Source: a virus. From it: DNA of 64,000 nucleotides. The notes under the pieces are model-generated. The model was not told the origin of the DNA. It did not search any database and was given only the letters and a program-made list of their open reading frames with translations. Position 1 is the first letter of the stretch. Every line of letters starts with the position of its first letter. A program made the translations under genes and the position numbers. Positions 36,801-46,273 of this stretch are shown here, in pieces. The DNA lies in the IMG/VR virus record IMGVR_UViG_3300008952_000006, positions 32,001-96,000 of that record; one strand, given 5' to 3'.

Positions 36801-38272
36801 TCGATTGGAGCGCCGCCATCGATAGAAATATTGAGAATTTCACCACCGATACCAAGCTGCGTAGCTGTTGAGGCACCAACCTCAGTTGCTCCGCATACCC
36901 AGGCTTGCCGTTCATCGCCACTGGGCGCGCCGGGGTCACCATTAAGTGTGAAGTCAACGGGGTCCGTGCCGCCCGTGAGGTTGAATACAGCAGCTCCCGC
37001 AGCCCATGGGGCCGGGGAATCACCGGGAGCAAATCCTCGACAAGGAGATGCGGCATCTGCGGGATCAAACTGAAGATTGATGGATACTTCTCCATTAATA
37101 GAGGAGATCAGTGCGGGATCCGAAAGGGCAGTCTCTAGCTCAGCAAAAGTTGTTGCGTCAGTCATTTGGATCGTAAGAACGTTGGGAGCCCACGAGGCCA
37201 TAGTGGCTCCGTTAGCAAAAACAACAGTAATAAGATTGCCCGCGAAACCAATGTGGGGGCCGATGTCTGCAGGGTTGCCTGTAGCAGCGTAGGTGGCCAA
37301 ACCATTTGCTGTAACCGTAAGGCTATTAGATCCACCAACATCAGGCCAAGCAACTACAGAGGGGTTCACACCCGTGTATTGCGCGCTAGATGTGTGCGCT
37401 AGAGGGATTACTGCACTCGCGTCAGAACCAAGATTGCAGAGCCTGTTGGTCTTTCCAGCGCCCGTTGAGCGAGCCCAGAGAACACTGCTACCGGCACTGA
37501 CAGCGGGCATGTGTCCGTTAGACACGGGAGCCCCCAACCCAGTGAGGGTGATATTTTTAGTGAACTTGTTCCAGCCACAAGCACTATCGGTGGAAAGCTC
37601 ATAGAGGCTGTTCGCAAAGAATCTATAAAGAGTAATATCTGCACCAGCCCAGACACAATCATCAGCATCTGCCATGGGAGAAGGCAGGCTAGTGTAAGGG
37701 ATATCATAAGCAATATTAGTGTAGTTCGTCTGACCAGCGATATTGAGTCCTTCAAGAGCATTCATTTGGACAATGTCGTCACCCCCTGCGCCGTGGGCGG
37801 AGTTACCCGGAACAGCGTTGGTGGTGAGCACAATGCTTGCGGTAGGACCTTTATTAGTGGTTCTAATGATAAGGCGGCTCGGTTGTGCCACCCCATCCAC
37901 CACACCAGGACTAATTTCAGCAATAGCGCCAGTAAGGCCTGCATTAAGTGTGTTAACAATCAGCGCAAAACTCATATCAAAATCACCACCAACAGCGGCG
38001 GGCATAGTGATAGTTTGCGGATTGCCATTAATCGTGAGGGTAAACTCACGACCACGCAGGGCAAGGGGCTCTGTCAGATCCGCCGTGCTAACAGCACGGG
38101 CAGCTATCGAGACAGAAGCCTGGGGGTTAAGTGCGCCGTCATCATCAATCGGGTTAACGATCTGGAAACAAGCGCCCACGATACAAGGCACCAAGGCTGG
38201 TGTTAAAACGGTTGGCGATTCTGTAACAATTTCCTGGGAAATCTCTACGCCGGGACGTGGAAGCGTTGCCAT
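33815..38272 (-). CDS. contractile tail sheath protein, unusually long (1485 aa)
   Basis: N-terminal RPGVEI; C-terminal RHQLTTD...RELSI....DY...YIGR...VPYYPANRIKITI. Confidence 0.85.
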   Translation of the reverse strand: MATLPRPGVEISQEIVTESPTVLTPALVPCIVGACFQIVNPIDDDGALNPQASVSIAARAVSTADLTEPLALRGREFTLTINGNPQTITMPAAVGGDFDMSFALIVNTLNAGLTGAIAEISPGVVDGVAQPSRLIIRTTNKGPTASIVLTTNAVPGNSAHGAGGDDIVQMNALEGLNIAGQTNYTNIAYDIPYTSLPSPMADADDCVWAGADITLYRFFANSLYELSTDSACGWNKFTKNITLTGLGAPVSNGHMPAVSAGSSVLWARSTGAGKTNRLCNLGSDASAVIPLAHTSSAQYTGVNPSVVAWPDVGGSNSLTVTANGLATYAATGNPADIGPHIGFAGNLITVVFANGATMASWAPNVLTIQMTDATTFAELETALSDPALISSINGEVSINLQFDPADAASPCRGFAPGDSPAPWAAGAAVFNLTGGTDPVDFTLNGDPGAPSGDERQAWVCGATEVGASTATQLGIGGEILNISIDGGAPIEVTLAGGTPVTVSIDNALGALGTCAPTTIPNALGELGNPIQINTASTLGHDSTISLSASNSLVIERLLTGSKTETESVPNVSAANPGAFAGVGQGRYCEIQGGAEYNMLAMSRNQLSIVPGTLSCTLDGIAIPTIRTACTEAQIASQNGGGTWSDGGALVITVEGALSQTLTLDLATGNGGGPFLLLADLAAEINSQIQAGALAFLVISYEADGALCFSRLDLTTGLATTNSSLLVANNAGGTDQDLEDAMGLPALSITASEEPCSITIDDQGANNSLRVTGCTSTLAQACPVPLAAPTTIGTLTEYFLGGSTLGAMLNRGIDDCLVDYSTGTVGICTAGDSLSGVPTGAFATTFATTTISPMVITYTKVWPSIYGPSPDTYTSRVFHGRSNQVMTGDTVWNNGSVQGRVVGIEGWSLDALTFPGAQLVISEFAVTGGTSLTDWYVQAENLIAGAGDDAGGNIRPEPEAAFSDLMQVYSIKPNVNRNSAGIAIANSTAPVYAQIKALRKDVSADTANPGLLVFSGIQEVIDLVGPIDPDNPLAMGLFQAFLNTTNISVAGLGVGDVSADAPQGTLEAYSTALDFLELHEVYSLAPMTHDMEVFKKFNLHVSSMSEPAGKKERMVLCCPTLPTEEASTLVGSADFMITDIGGGKFELTIADEAAAAAFNIPMAINGLLNAGGSSLAGGNGMSYLPSDGLYIDRAGDAFRYLIVGTPSADTVTIETSDVFIPGEFGPATGGNDDSYYNVGSGALSSLSTFEADGELCTIKVRQAAVDTSTTAGKLKACETLAEIAGGPSGFQNRRMVMVQPESVGATVDGLEVLVPGYYLCAGIAGMVGQQNPSQPFTNLPMVGYTRPSGSSDIFSENQMATAAAGGIYWVIQDSPGAPLVSRHQLTTDVSSLKTRELSILKAVDYTAKMIRSMVRRYIGRNNITIQLLETISLSIQAALNRVAGSVVAEATLDALSQSSDSPDEILATVSLVPYYPANRIKITIVI

Positions 38273-38294
38273 ATTTGTCACTCCTGTGGGGTCT

Positions 38295-38930
38295 CTATTC
38301 CAAACCCATATGTAGATTAACAGCTCTCATTAGCGAGTAGAAGTCCTTCTCGTCTGCGGTTACCACATCCTGTATGTAGAACGGGATAATTACTTGCACC
38401 ATCTTCCACTCAGGGGAAGATGAACCAGGGACAAGAGCGCCCTGCTGGCTTTCTTGTGTGATGGTTATATTATTACTTATCGCGTGCATTTTTCCTAGCC
38501 GCATAATAGAACTTTTGAACACCGGGATCATCCGAAAGATAAAATACGCGATATTCTGTGCTTCAAGGCCCTCTCTCGCTATTATACTCAATGTCATAGA
38601 TGTACCGATAATATCGGTATAGGTAGTTCTAGGTGATGCCAGATCGTGTTGGATGGACTGCCCCATGGACGTTCCGGCCCATGTAGCTGCGCCTCTAGCG
38701 GTAGCAACGATAGGACGAATGTTCGTCTTTTCAACTTTATCTGGGTTTTGGTCAGTAATAATAATTTCCGTTTCATCCATGCTAGAATCCCAACGATAAT
38801 AACCGCTAGGCCTAGTCCGGAACAACCCCTGTAACCAAATAAGCCAAGCTCGTGTCGCAAGATGCAAACAGTCATCTGGAACACTGAATGGGCTTGGGTC
38901 TGGTAGTAGGGATGGTACGGCGGATGTCAT
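38295..38930 (-). CDS. putative tail completion/terminator protein
   Basis: Position between neck and sheath; 211 aa. Confidence 0.45.
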   Translation of the reverse strand: MTSAVPSLLPDPSPFSVPDDCLHLATRAWLIWLQGLFRTRPSGYYRWDSSMDETEIIITDQNPDKVEKTNIRPIVATARGAATWAGTSMGQSIQHDLASPRTTYTDIIGTSMTLSIIAREGLEAQNIAYFIFRMIPVFKSSIMRLGKMHAISNNITITQESQQGALVPGSSSPEWKMVQVIIPFYIQDVVTADEKDFYSLMRAVNLHMGLE

Positions 38931-39847
38931 AATTGCTCTTGCCCTATTAATTGGGGGGCCCCGCTAAAAACATTATCAAGCACATTTGTTAATTTTGCGC
39001 TCTCGAGCGTTTGAGGGTTGGTGTAATTTCGCTCTGGTGAGGCGACCAAGTTCTTGATTTCCTCTTCTGATAAATTAAGCGGTATACGATATTCAATATC
39101 CCCTGTAGGGATTCTGTGCAAAGCAACTTGTTGTCTAATAAGCGCGCGTGATTTTTTTATCTTAGAAATCGTTGAAGCAACGCGCCATCGTACGTTTTCT
39201 GCCTCAATAATTAAATCACCCTCAGAGACCTCGGGATAATTACCAAGTAATAGTGTCGTGTTTTCGCTCTGCACGTCACCAAAATTAGCATGGATAGTTT
39301 GTTCGTTGGGGGAGATAAGCATACCGTGCGTCTGAACAGGGGCGTGGTATCCACCAACCCAGCTAGTATCATGGCAAGTCGGGCAACCAGATCTCATCTT
39401 TCGTTGGGAGACCTCATCCCAGCATACGCCGCAGCGCTGCCCAGACTGGCGTCTTGGGAATACCCAAAGTTTCCTACCAGAGAATTCTTTTAACCTTAGG
39501 TTATTAAGCCTAGCCATTTCCAATGCGGCCAAGTCTGGTAGGGCGGCCAGTTTGACACCGCCGACCTTAGGCCAGATCTCTTGCTCGGAAGACCCACGCT
39601 TCTGAACCCTGATCCGATAGTATATTTTGTTGTAATAATTGAAGTACCCCGTAACCGTTGTATCTCGGACGTGGTACTGATCAACCATTGGGACAGTTAA
39701 GTCAAAGTAAGGCCCAAACTCGTTATCAGATTTCTCCAAAACGAATTCGTAATCGAGCGCGCTCTCAAAGCTTGGTTCTAGATCCCAATAGACATCTAGG
39801 TATCCCAAGTCAAAGCTTCTCACCCGTATGTTTGTAACCTTAATCAA
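38927..39847 (-). CDS. putative neck/head-closure protein with Zn finger
   Basis: N-terminal FN3-like strands; G.RC..C...CPTC..T..VGGY; position. Confidence 0.55.
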   Translation of the reverse strand: MIKVTNIRVRSFDLGYLDVYWDLEPSFESALDYEFVLEKSDNEFGPYFDLTVPMVDQYHVRDTTVTGYFNYYNKIYYRIRVQKRGSSEQEIWPKVGGVKLAALPDLAALEMARLNNLRLKEFSGRKLWVFPRRQSGQRCGVCWDEVSQRKMRSGCPTCHDTSWVGGYHAPVQTHGMLISPNEQTIHANFGDVQSENTTLLLGNYPEVSEGDLIIEAENVRWRVASTISKIKKSRALIRQQVALHRIPTGDIEYRIPLNLSEEEIKNLVASPERNYTNPQTLESAKLTNVLDNVFSGAPQLIGQEQL

Positions 39848-39850
39848 TTC

Positions 39851-41071
39851 TTAAACCATCCTCACGGGCATGGGTTGTGGCTGCTTCGATTTTTTATTAG
39901 CTCTAATTAATCCAAATGCGCCAAGACCGGCTGCGCCTCCACCAAGCATCAACATTTGGTTATGCTTCTTGGCTGCCGCTTTTGATGCCTGGGCCGCACG
40001 TATCGCACCAACGCCGCCTACACCGAGACCCATGAGGTGCTCTGGGTTAGTAAGCCCTAGCCCTTCAAGCCCTTTGTAGATGCTGGAGGGGGATATTTTC
40101 CCGTCTGGGTCACGAATCGCTCTACCAATATCGCCCATAAGTACCGGAACACCGGACACGGCGCTGCCGCCCTTCCTGCCAGCAACCCCGGCCATGTATT
40201 GATCCTGGTGGCCTTTAAGTTTTTTGGTCCACTCCGCAAGCTCAGTGGCGTCTGTGGGTTTTGGGGTCTTCATTTTCGCGAGCGCGTGCTCATAAGCCCT
40301 TTTATTGACAGCGTTCCATTCGGCTCCCTTGGCTGTATTTGATATCTGGGTTTTAAGCTTTTTCCCACTCTCAGCAAGGGTGCGGCCCGTCTCCCGCAAA
40401 TAGGCTCCCGACCCTGGCGCGACAGCCTCTGCAACGCCTGCGACACCCCTGCCCGTAGCTCTCGCCGCCCCGCCTACTCCGCCCTTTGTGAGATTCCAGG
40501 CTTGTCGGAAATAGCTGGGTGTTGCGGGGGTAGCATCCATCATGCCCTTGGTGTACGAGCTTGCGTCGTCTATCCCAGAGCCGACAAACTTTGCTGCCTC
40601 ATCAACAGCACCTTTAGCTTTTGGTGCAGCGTGTCTGCCAAGCCAAGTAAACGGCTTCATGGCAGTTTTCTCCATGCGGAGAGCCTCTATTAGAGCAGCT
40701 TTTTTATCTTCAGGGCTTGCTGTCTTTACTTTTGGAAGTTTCTTATTTTTAGGGATCTTGATCTTTGGGAGGGCGTCTTTCTTAGCCGTTGTGACTGGCA
40801 CCTTCTTTACTTGTAACTTTTTAAGCTTAGCAAGCTGGCCTACGCCACCTTTTGCGCCACCTTTGGGCTTAATGTCAGGCTGTGGCAACGGCTTCAGGGA
40901 AACAGACTTTCCTTGCTGTTGCGAGATGAGTTCTTTTGTTTTATCACGAGCAACTTGCCGTACCTTTAGCTTGGCCCCGGCGGTCTTCAGTCCAGTAAAG
41001 AATTCAGCAGCCGCTTGGTGTTTTTCAGCGGAGTCTGTTTCTTTTTTTGCTAATGCCTCAAAAGGGTCCAT
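39851..41071 (-). CDS. basic G/A-rich virion-associated protein
   Basis: Three KTA motifs; C-terminal glycine-zipper-like hydrophobic helices. Confidence 0.6.
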   Translation of the reverse strand: MDPFEALAKKETDSAEKHQAAAEFFTGLKTAGAKLKVRQVARDKTKELISQQQGKSVSLKPLPQPDIKPKGGAKGGVGQLAKLKKLQVKKVPVTTAKKDALPKIKIPKNKKLPKVKTASPEDKKAALIEALRMEKTAMKPFTWLGRHAAPKAKGAVDEAAKFVGSGIDDASSYTKGMMDATPATPSYFRQAWNLTKGGVGGAARATGRGVAGVAEAVAPGSGAYLRETGRTLAESGKKLKTQISNTAKGAEWNAVNKRAYEHALAKMKTPKPTDATELAEWTKKLKGHQDQYMAGVAGRKGGSAVSGVPVLMGDIGRAIRDPDGKISPSSIYKGLEGLGLTNPEHLMGLGVGGVGAIRAAQASKAAAKKHNQMLMLGGGAAGLGAFGLIRANKKSKQPQPMPVRMV

Positions 41072-41081
41072 TTGAAAACTC

Positions 41082-41486
41082 CTATGCCCGCCCTGTGGAT
41101 GTTCTTTGTACATGGCCAAACAGGACAAAGGAAATATTTACAACTAAGCTCCCGCCGCCACCAGCGGTCACAGTAAGCTCTAAATCGCGCCCAAGCGGAA
41201 CACCCAGGTCAATAATATTTGTTACACCCTTGGCTGGCTTAAGCGCTCCCGGCATTTGGCCTTCCCACCTAGCTAGAGGCGCTGGCCCCACCGCTGCTCC
41301 AGCGGTCGTGGCCCCAGGGACCGAGCCTTTTAAAATGTACGAGGTCGGGGTAGTGTTTGCGTGATCAGGAAGCGTCAAGCCTAATTTTATGTACTTACCA
41401 CTACCTGGAATAACAAAAGTTTCAGATTGCCCAGCAGCGACGTCTACTTCGATTGTTCCATAAATTGGGTCTCTAGCTTGTGCCAT
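41082..41486 (-). CDS. hypothetical beta-rich virion protein
   Basis: AGGAG RBS; 134 aa. Confidence 0.6.
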   Translation of the reverse strand: MAQARDPIYGTIEVDVAAGQSETFVIPGSGKYIKLGLTLPDHANTTPTSYILKGSVPGATTAGAAVGPAPLARWEGQMPGALKPAKGVTNIIDLGVPLGRDLELTVTAGGGGSLVVNISFVLFGHVQRTSTGRA

Positions 41487-41495
41487 ACTTGTCTC

Positions 41496-42038
41496 CTACG
41501 CGTCCAAGTCTGAAAAGTAACCGTTAATAAACGCGTACTCAGAGGGGACTGCTGAACCATTTAATGCGTTCCCAAGATTGATCGCTTGCTTCAAACGAAA
41601 CTTCTTCTGCTCGTAATTCTGGGTGAACAGGTTCATCCAATTCATAAGTTGCGGTGCTTTATCGGACACACTCACCTGGATGCCCTGCCCGTCAGAATAA
41701 GACATGTGGTTCCGCGTCTGTAACAGCCCTACAGAAGTAAGGATGTGTATTATCGAACCGTTTATTAGTAGTGATACTGACGGAAAGCTTTCCAAGGTGA
41801 ACTGTCCCAGCAAAGGCGGAGTCATATTGAAGTCGTCTATACACTCCATTATCGCAAATGCGATCTCCCTGTCGGAGGTCTCTCGGCCAGCAATCAGTCT
41901 ATTAAGTTCTGGGTAGTCGCGGAGCTTGGCGCGAATCAACGCAATGAGGTTGACTAGTTTTTTTGGCAGCGCCTTAGAAACGGATACCGCTGGACCCACC
42001 GCATTGCTATTCGGATTTTGGGGGTCGTTCGGCATCAC
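41496..42038 (-). CDS. putative head-tail adaptor/connector
   Basis: IR.KLRD.PELNRL...SD.EI......DDFN.TPP...YSDG; position after the capsid gene. Confidence 0.55.
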   Translation of the reverse strand: MMPNDPQNPNSNAVGPAVSVSKALPKKLVNLIALIRAKLRDYPELNRLIAGRETSDREIAFAIMECIDDFNMTPPLLGQFTLESFPSVSLLINGSIIHILTSVGLLQTRNHMSYSDGQGIQVSVSDKAPQLMNWMNLFTQNYEQKKFRLKQAINLGNALNGSAVPSEYAFINGYFSDLDA

Positions 42039-42457
42039 TATTCTCCACGGGCTTCTTTGATCTGCTTAATCAAAACCGTCTTTGTCTCGCTCCCGCTCAG
42101 GGGCAACTTTAAGCTTTTGGCAAGAGAGACCAGTTGGGCTTTTCTTAGTGAGTTTATATTAGTCGGAGCCTGCCCACCAACCCATGCTTCATCGACATCA
42201 GGCGTTGATTTGTCGTCCGCAATAAATTCCCCGTCCTCAGTTCTTGCTCGAGTAGGCTTCTTTTTTGGCACGGGGCCCTTAGCGTCCTTACGGGCTTTTC
42301 GTGCTGCGGCAGCATCTCTCTCATGTAAAGACAGCAGCCCTCGATCAACAAGCGGCTTAAGCTGCGCAAGTAGGTCGTCGGATACTTCCACCGTGTCCCC
42401 TACTTTTACGTAGTCCCCACCAATACGGAGGGGATATTTTTCGCAGCGGATAAACAT
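42038..42457 (-). CDS. protein with C-terminal Rho-N/SAP-like domain
   Basis: RARTEDGEFIADDKSTPDVDEAW; LRKAQLVSLAKSLKL....TK..LI. Confidence 0.65.
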   Translation of the reverse strand: MFIRCEKYPLRIGGDYVKVGDTVEVSDDLLAQLKPLVDRGLLSLHERDAAAARKARKDAKGPVPKKKPTRARTEDGEFIADDKSTPDVDEAWVGGQAPTNINSLRKAQLVSLAKSLKLPLSGSETKTVLIKQIKEARGE

Positions 42458-42945
42458 TAGTTGCTATCCCCTGGCTTGCTTTTTTTATCTTTCTTGGACG
42501 CCTTCTTTTTAGCAGGTTCCTTTTTAGGGGCCTCCGCCTTAGAAGCAGTCTTTGAAATAACCGCACCCTTACCAGACTCTTTTGCGCTCACCGGTGACGC
42601 CTCGGGAGTACTCGCTTTTTTATCAGTGGAGTCCTCTTTTGTTGGTAAAGATGCGGGCGGCTTAGGAGAAGAGGCCTTCTTGGGAGACGGGGTCTCTACC
42701 TGCGCGGGTGCTCCACCAATCGCCAGCAATTCGATAACGCCATGAGCAGCGTACTTGTCAATTAAATCTTTGTTGGCTTTATATGCGGCATCACCGATGG
42801 TGATCTTGCCACCAGTCTTAATGCGCCACGTGCCAATCGCAATACGGCCAACTGCGGAAGCTTTTCTCACCACAGGGTCTTTCTTATAGGCCGCCTTAGC
42901 TGGACCTTTCCGGCTATCTAATACATTTGTAATTTGATAAGGCAT
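42457..42945 (-). CDS. K/A/P/S-rich hypothetical protein
   Basis: AGGAG RBS before MPYQIT; histone-H1-like tail. Confidence 0.65.
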   Translation of the reverse strand: MPYQITNVLDSRKGPAKAAYKKDPVVRKASAVGRIAIGTWRIKTGGKITIGDAAYKANKDLIDKYAAHGVIELLAIGGAPAQVETPSPKKASSPKPPASLPTKEDSTDKKASTPEASPVSAKESGKGAVISKTASKAEAPKKEPAKKKASKKDKKSKPGDSN

Positions 42946-42960
42946 TACTTTCTCCTGAAC

Positions 42961-42998
42961 AATAAAGAGGCACCCCCCAGGAAGCCTGGGGGGATACC
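42961..42998 (-). terminator. terminator downstream of the major capsid gene
   Basis: On minus: GGTATCCCCCCAGG-CTT-CCTGGGGGGTGCC then TCTTTATT. Confidence 0.7.
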
Positions 42999-43012
42999 TA
43001 AAATAACACGAC

Positions 43013-44233
43013 TTAGAACTGCGTAACCTGCGGGAAGGTCTGGCCTTCATCCACAAGGTGGTTACGAGCGCCGAGATCTTCCTCAGCGACAGGCAATCGG
43101 TCACGCTGCGTAGCTGCGTTGTTAGCGGGGGTAGTAAGCGGGTCAACAGAACCAGCATACAGCTCCAACTTACGAACACCGGCAACATTACCAATGTACA
43201 TGCCAATGTCTTCCCAAGCCTCAAACGAGATTCGGTTACGCTCTTTGTCAGCGTAGAACTTCGTCTTGTTGAGGAGCAAGAAGCCACCCAGATATTCAGG
43301 CGCTGTGAACGCATAAATATTACCTGGACGGAGGATGTCAGTTTTCAAAGTACGAACAAACTTACGGCCAATGACCGTGCTGTGCTTGTACCCGTCAACC
43401 ACATTCTCAGCAATGATCTTGTCGCCAAGGTCATTGTGCAACCACGCATTGATATCCTCGAAGTCAGTGTCGGTCAGCAGAAACTGATCGCACCGCATAC
43501 GAGAACCGCGAGTACCTGCGCCAACAGCGCTGCTACCCGTGAACGTTTGGAACAACGCAATCAGGTCCGCTTTGTCAACCGGTACAATTACCGCCTCATC
43601 GCAACCTGCGGCAGCGCCACCAACTGTCGATGGGAACAACGCAGCAGCTTTCACCTTGCCTACTTGAGCGGTAATGGTACCACCACCAGCGGGGTCAAGG
43701 TTAAACGCCGTGAACGCATCAGCGTCAGCATAGGTAGCACCGAACACAAGGCCCTGCGCATCCTGCTGCAATGACTGACAAGCCGACTCGACATGGGTCA
43801 AGAAGACACGGTCTTCAATCTCCTGAATGTCGTTGACGATATTACGCTTAATAATCTGCGTGATTGGCATCACATAGGCCATAAGCTCTTGTTCAGTTTG
43901 TTCAAAACGCTGCGAGCCAACCGTATGGAATGGTACTTCAAAGCGCGGGCCAGTGTAGTATCGAACCGTGGGTTGACCACGGAAAGACATACTCATAGCA
44001 CGGCTTGTTGGTTCCACTTCAACGATCTTAACAAGCGTATCGTGGTTTACACTGACCTGAAGGTCAGATCGGCTTACCGACTTCGGGGGGAGTACTTTGC
44101 GAGCAAAGCTTTCCTCACGCAGACGGTCTCGGATGTAATCGCCACCCAGGGCAGCAATTTTTTCTTTTCCAGCCTCGGTATCGAGCTTACTTACGAAAAG
44201 CTCGTTGAGGACGTCACTAGGTACACTAGACAT
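43013..44233 (-). CDS. major capsid protein (HK97-like fold expected)
   Basis: 406 aa; strong AGGAGG RBS; follows protease/scaffold/decoration genes; IRDRLREESFARKVLPP and IQEIED..F; terminator follows. Confidence 0.8.
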   Translation of the reverse strand: MSSVPSDVLNELFVSKLDTEAGKEKIAALGGDYIRDRLREESFARKVLPPKSVSRSDLQVSVNHDTLVKIVEVEPTSRAMSMSFRGQPTVRYYTGPRFEVPFHTVGSQRFEQTEQELMAYVMPITQIIKRNIVNDIQEIEDRVFLTHVESACQSLQQDAQGLVFGATYADADAFTAFNLDPAGGGTITAQVGKVKAAALFPSTVGGAAAGCDEAVIVPVDKADLIALFQTFTGSSAVGAGTRGSRMRCDQFLLTDTDFEDINAWLHNDLGDKIIAENVVDGYKHSTVIGRKFVRTLKTDILRPGNIYAFTAPEYLGGFLLLNKTKFYADKERNRISFEAWEDIGMYIGNVAGVRKLELYAGSVDPLTTPANNAATQRDRLPVAEEDLGARNHLVDEGQTFPQVTQF

Positions 44234-44247
44234 AATATCCTCCTTCC

Positions 44248-44832
44248 TTAGCTAAGTTGACCGACGAATCGGGGTTTTTCGTACAAATGTACTTTGATTG
44301 GACGATCATCGGCGGGAGCCAAAGCCCCATTTCCGTTATGACCAACGACATATCCAACAGACCAACCATGCAGCATATCAGCTACGGCAGGGCCAGTCGC
44401 CTTCATAGACGCCAAGACAAGACGCCCAGTTGCGCCAGCAACGGCTGTTGTCGATTGAATGACACTCACTGAAGACCCGATAGGGAACTCAGCTGCAATT
44501 GTACCAGCCGTAGCTTCGTACAGAGCGCAATCAACCTCAATTTCACCGTGTGCTAACGTGGCGACACGAGTGTCCCCAAGTGCTTGACGATCCGAACGTA
44601 ATGCTGATCCCCACACCATTGCCAAACTAGAGGCATTGGCGTCGAGGGCCGTAACATTGGCTAGGACCGCGTCATGATAGATGAGGGCCTGAGGGTCCCC
44701 ATCCTGCGGAACAAATTCACCATCTTCAGGCGCTGCAGTCATTCCACTACAATCTACGTCGCGAGTTTGCACTTTTAATGTAGACGAAGTTGGGCTGACG
44801 TTACGCCTTCGGACTGCGCTAAATGTTGCCAT
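44248..44832 (-). CDS. putative capsid decoration/cement protein
   Basis: 194 aa directly upstream of MCP; AAGGAG RBS. Confidence 0.5.
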   Translation of the reverse strand: MATFSAVRRRNVSPTSSTLKVQTRDVDCSGMTAAPEDGEFVPQDGDPQALIYHDAVLANVTALDANASSLAMVWGSALRSDRQALGDTRVATLAHGEIEVDCALYEATAGTIAAEFPIGSSVSVIQSTTAVAGATGRLVLASMKATGPAVADMLHGWSVGYVVGHNGNGALAPADDRPIKVHLYEKPRFVGQLS

Positions 44833-44857
44833 TTTAACTCTCCTTAGTTGTTAACGT

Positions 44858-45205
44858 TTATTCACTTCCGAGAAGAAAATTCTCGAAAGCACTAGCTGCA
44901 TCAGCTTCAGGCACATCTGAAATTGACGCGAAAGACAGATCAGGTGGGGATAGGGCCAACGCCTCTTTAACAATCCGCAAGTCCTTTTTAGAAGCCAGCA
45001 ATGCAGCTACCTTCTGCTTAAAAGGAACAGAATTATCAGAGAAACCTCGAGCATCCATCATAGATACAACCTCTTCCGCCTCATCTCGTTTTTGGTACTC
45101 TTGCAGAGCACTTGCCAACTTTTGATTTTCCTCCACCAATTTACGCAGAGTCTGCGGAACTTGGCTGAGGACTTCTTGAGCTGAGTTTTTGTCGATTGAA
45201 CTCAT
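44858..45205 (-). CDS. scaffold-like protein
   Basis: Helical, QKLAS motif, head module. Confidence 0.5.
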   Translation of the reverse strand: MSSIDKNSAQEVLSQVPQTLRKLVEENQKLASALQEYQKRDEAEEVVSMMDARGFSDNSVPFKQKVAALLASKKDLRIVKEALALSPPDLSFASISDVPEADAASAFENFLLGSE

Positions 45206-45207
45206 GA

Positions 45208-46026
45208 TTATGCCTCCTTACCAATCTGGGCCATCAACTTTCTTTTCAGATTGTCAGTGGCCTGTTTACGAGCCATGGGCCCTTCGCTACCGTGAACCTC
45301 GCCGGTCTCCGCACCTTGTAGGGTACTCTCGCCAAATTGCTCATCAGAGCTGAGTGCTGCATTCAACACATCAGCAAGGCTTTGGCCAGCACTAGCTGCC
45401 TTCACCGCCGCCTCACCATCAGCTTCATTTGAAGCTGGCTCTTCTGGTTCGTCGGGTGCAGTTTTCCCGACGTTAAAGATGTCCTCTTCAGACACAGGGT
45501 CTTCGGAGGTACTGCTGTAAAAAGTGTCAGACTCAGATTTGTCTGCCTCATCCGAATCACTTTCGTCGGACTTCAGATTTCTGAGCTTACCTAAAACGTT
45601 TTGGAACATTTCTTCTTTGGCCTCATCGGCCTTACTTTCCTGTTCCTTCTCTTCTTCTACGACTTCCTGCTTGGCAGAAATTCGTGACCGTAGACCCTCC
45701 CGTAACCGACTAGAAACGTCCGCAAGATTAACTACGTTATCTTCCGCAACTGTTTGTGGCTCTTCTTTGGGTGCGTCTGAGGTGAACCTCCCTGTTACGG
45801 GGTCCCTCCCAACGGCTTCTTTGCTAAGTTCTTGGTCAGCGCTTGTGTCAGCAGGGGCTGAAACAGCGTCTAAATTATCGATAATAAAATCTACCGCCGA
45901 GGCTAACTTTTCTACGTATACCGGATCTGTCAAACCAACACTGTTTTCGTTAGGTTTTTCAGATTCGACTACAGCAGAAGAACCGGCCCCAGCAAGCTTA
46001 TCTATTAGATTATTTAATGAAGACAT
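45208..46026 (-). CDS. acidic scaffold/prohead core-like protein
   Basis: D/E/S/A-rich with several K-x-A motifs. Confidence 0.55.
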   Translation of the reverse strand: MSSLNNLIDKLAGAGSSAVVESEKPNENSVGLTDPVYVEKLASAVDFIIDNLDAVSAPADTSADQELSKEAVGRDPVTGRFTSDAPKEEPQTVAEDNVVNLADVSSRLREGLRSRISAKQEVVEEEKEQESKADEAKEEMFQNVLGKLRNLKSDESDSDEADKSESDTFYSSTSEDPVSEEDIFNVGKTAPDEPEEPASNEADGEAAVKAASAGQSLADVLNAALSSDEQFGESTLQGAETGEVHGSEGPMARKQATDNLKRKLMAQIGKEA

Positions 46027-46080
46027 TTAGTGGTTCCTCCTGTTAAGAGCGGCCCCACCCACAACGGGCGGGACCTCCCA

Positions 46081-46263
46081 TTAAACCTGTTTGCCGGTCT
46101 CGCTCTTCACCTTCTTCATAATACTAGCAGCTAGCAATGTGAACAAGGCAGCCTCTGCTGGTTTCTCTTTTAAAAGAGACCAGCTTTTGGACAAAGTTTC
46201 TTTTCCTACTTTATTAGCAGAGTGAAACTTCGCTTTTAGAGCTTTGACTGCAGCAGGCTTCAT
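46081..46263 (-). CDS. small basic protein
   Basis: 60-aa ORF filling a gap in the head module. Confidence 0.45.
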   Translation of the reverse strand: MKPAAVKALKAKFHSANKVGKETLSKSWSLLKEKPAEAALFTLLAASIMKKVKSETGKQV

Positions 46264-46273
46264 TCATGCACTC

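Noticed and set aside
34075-38315. Many alternative-frame and antisense ORFs inside the sheath gene (and likewise inside other long genes)
   Set aside because: They are shadow ORFs from codon bias, with no RBS or motifs
42946-43314. N-terminal 123 aa of the 42457..43314 ORF
   Set aside because: Overlaps the MCP 3' end and its terminator; a good RBS supports the start at 42945
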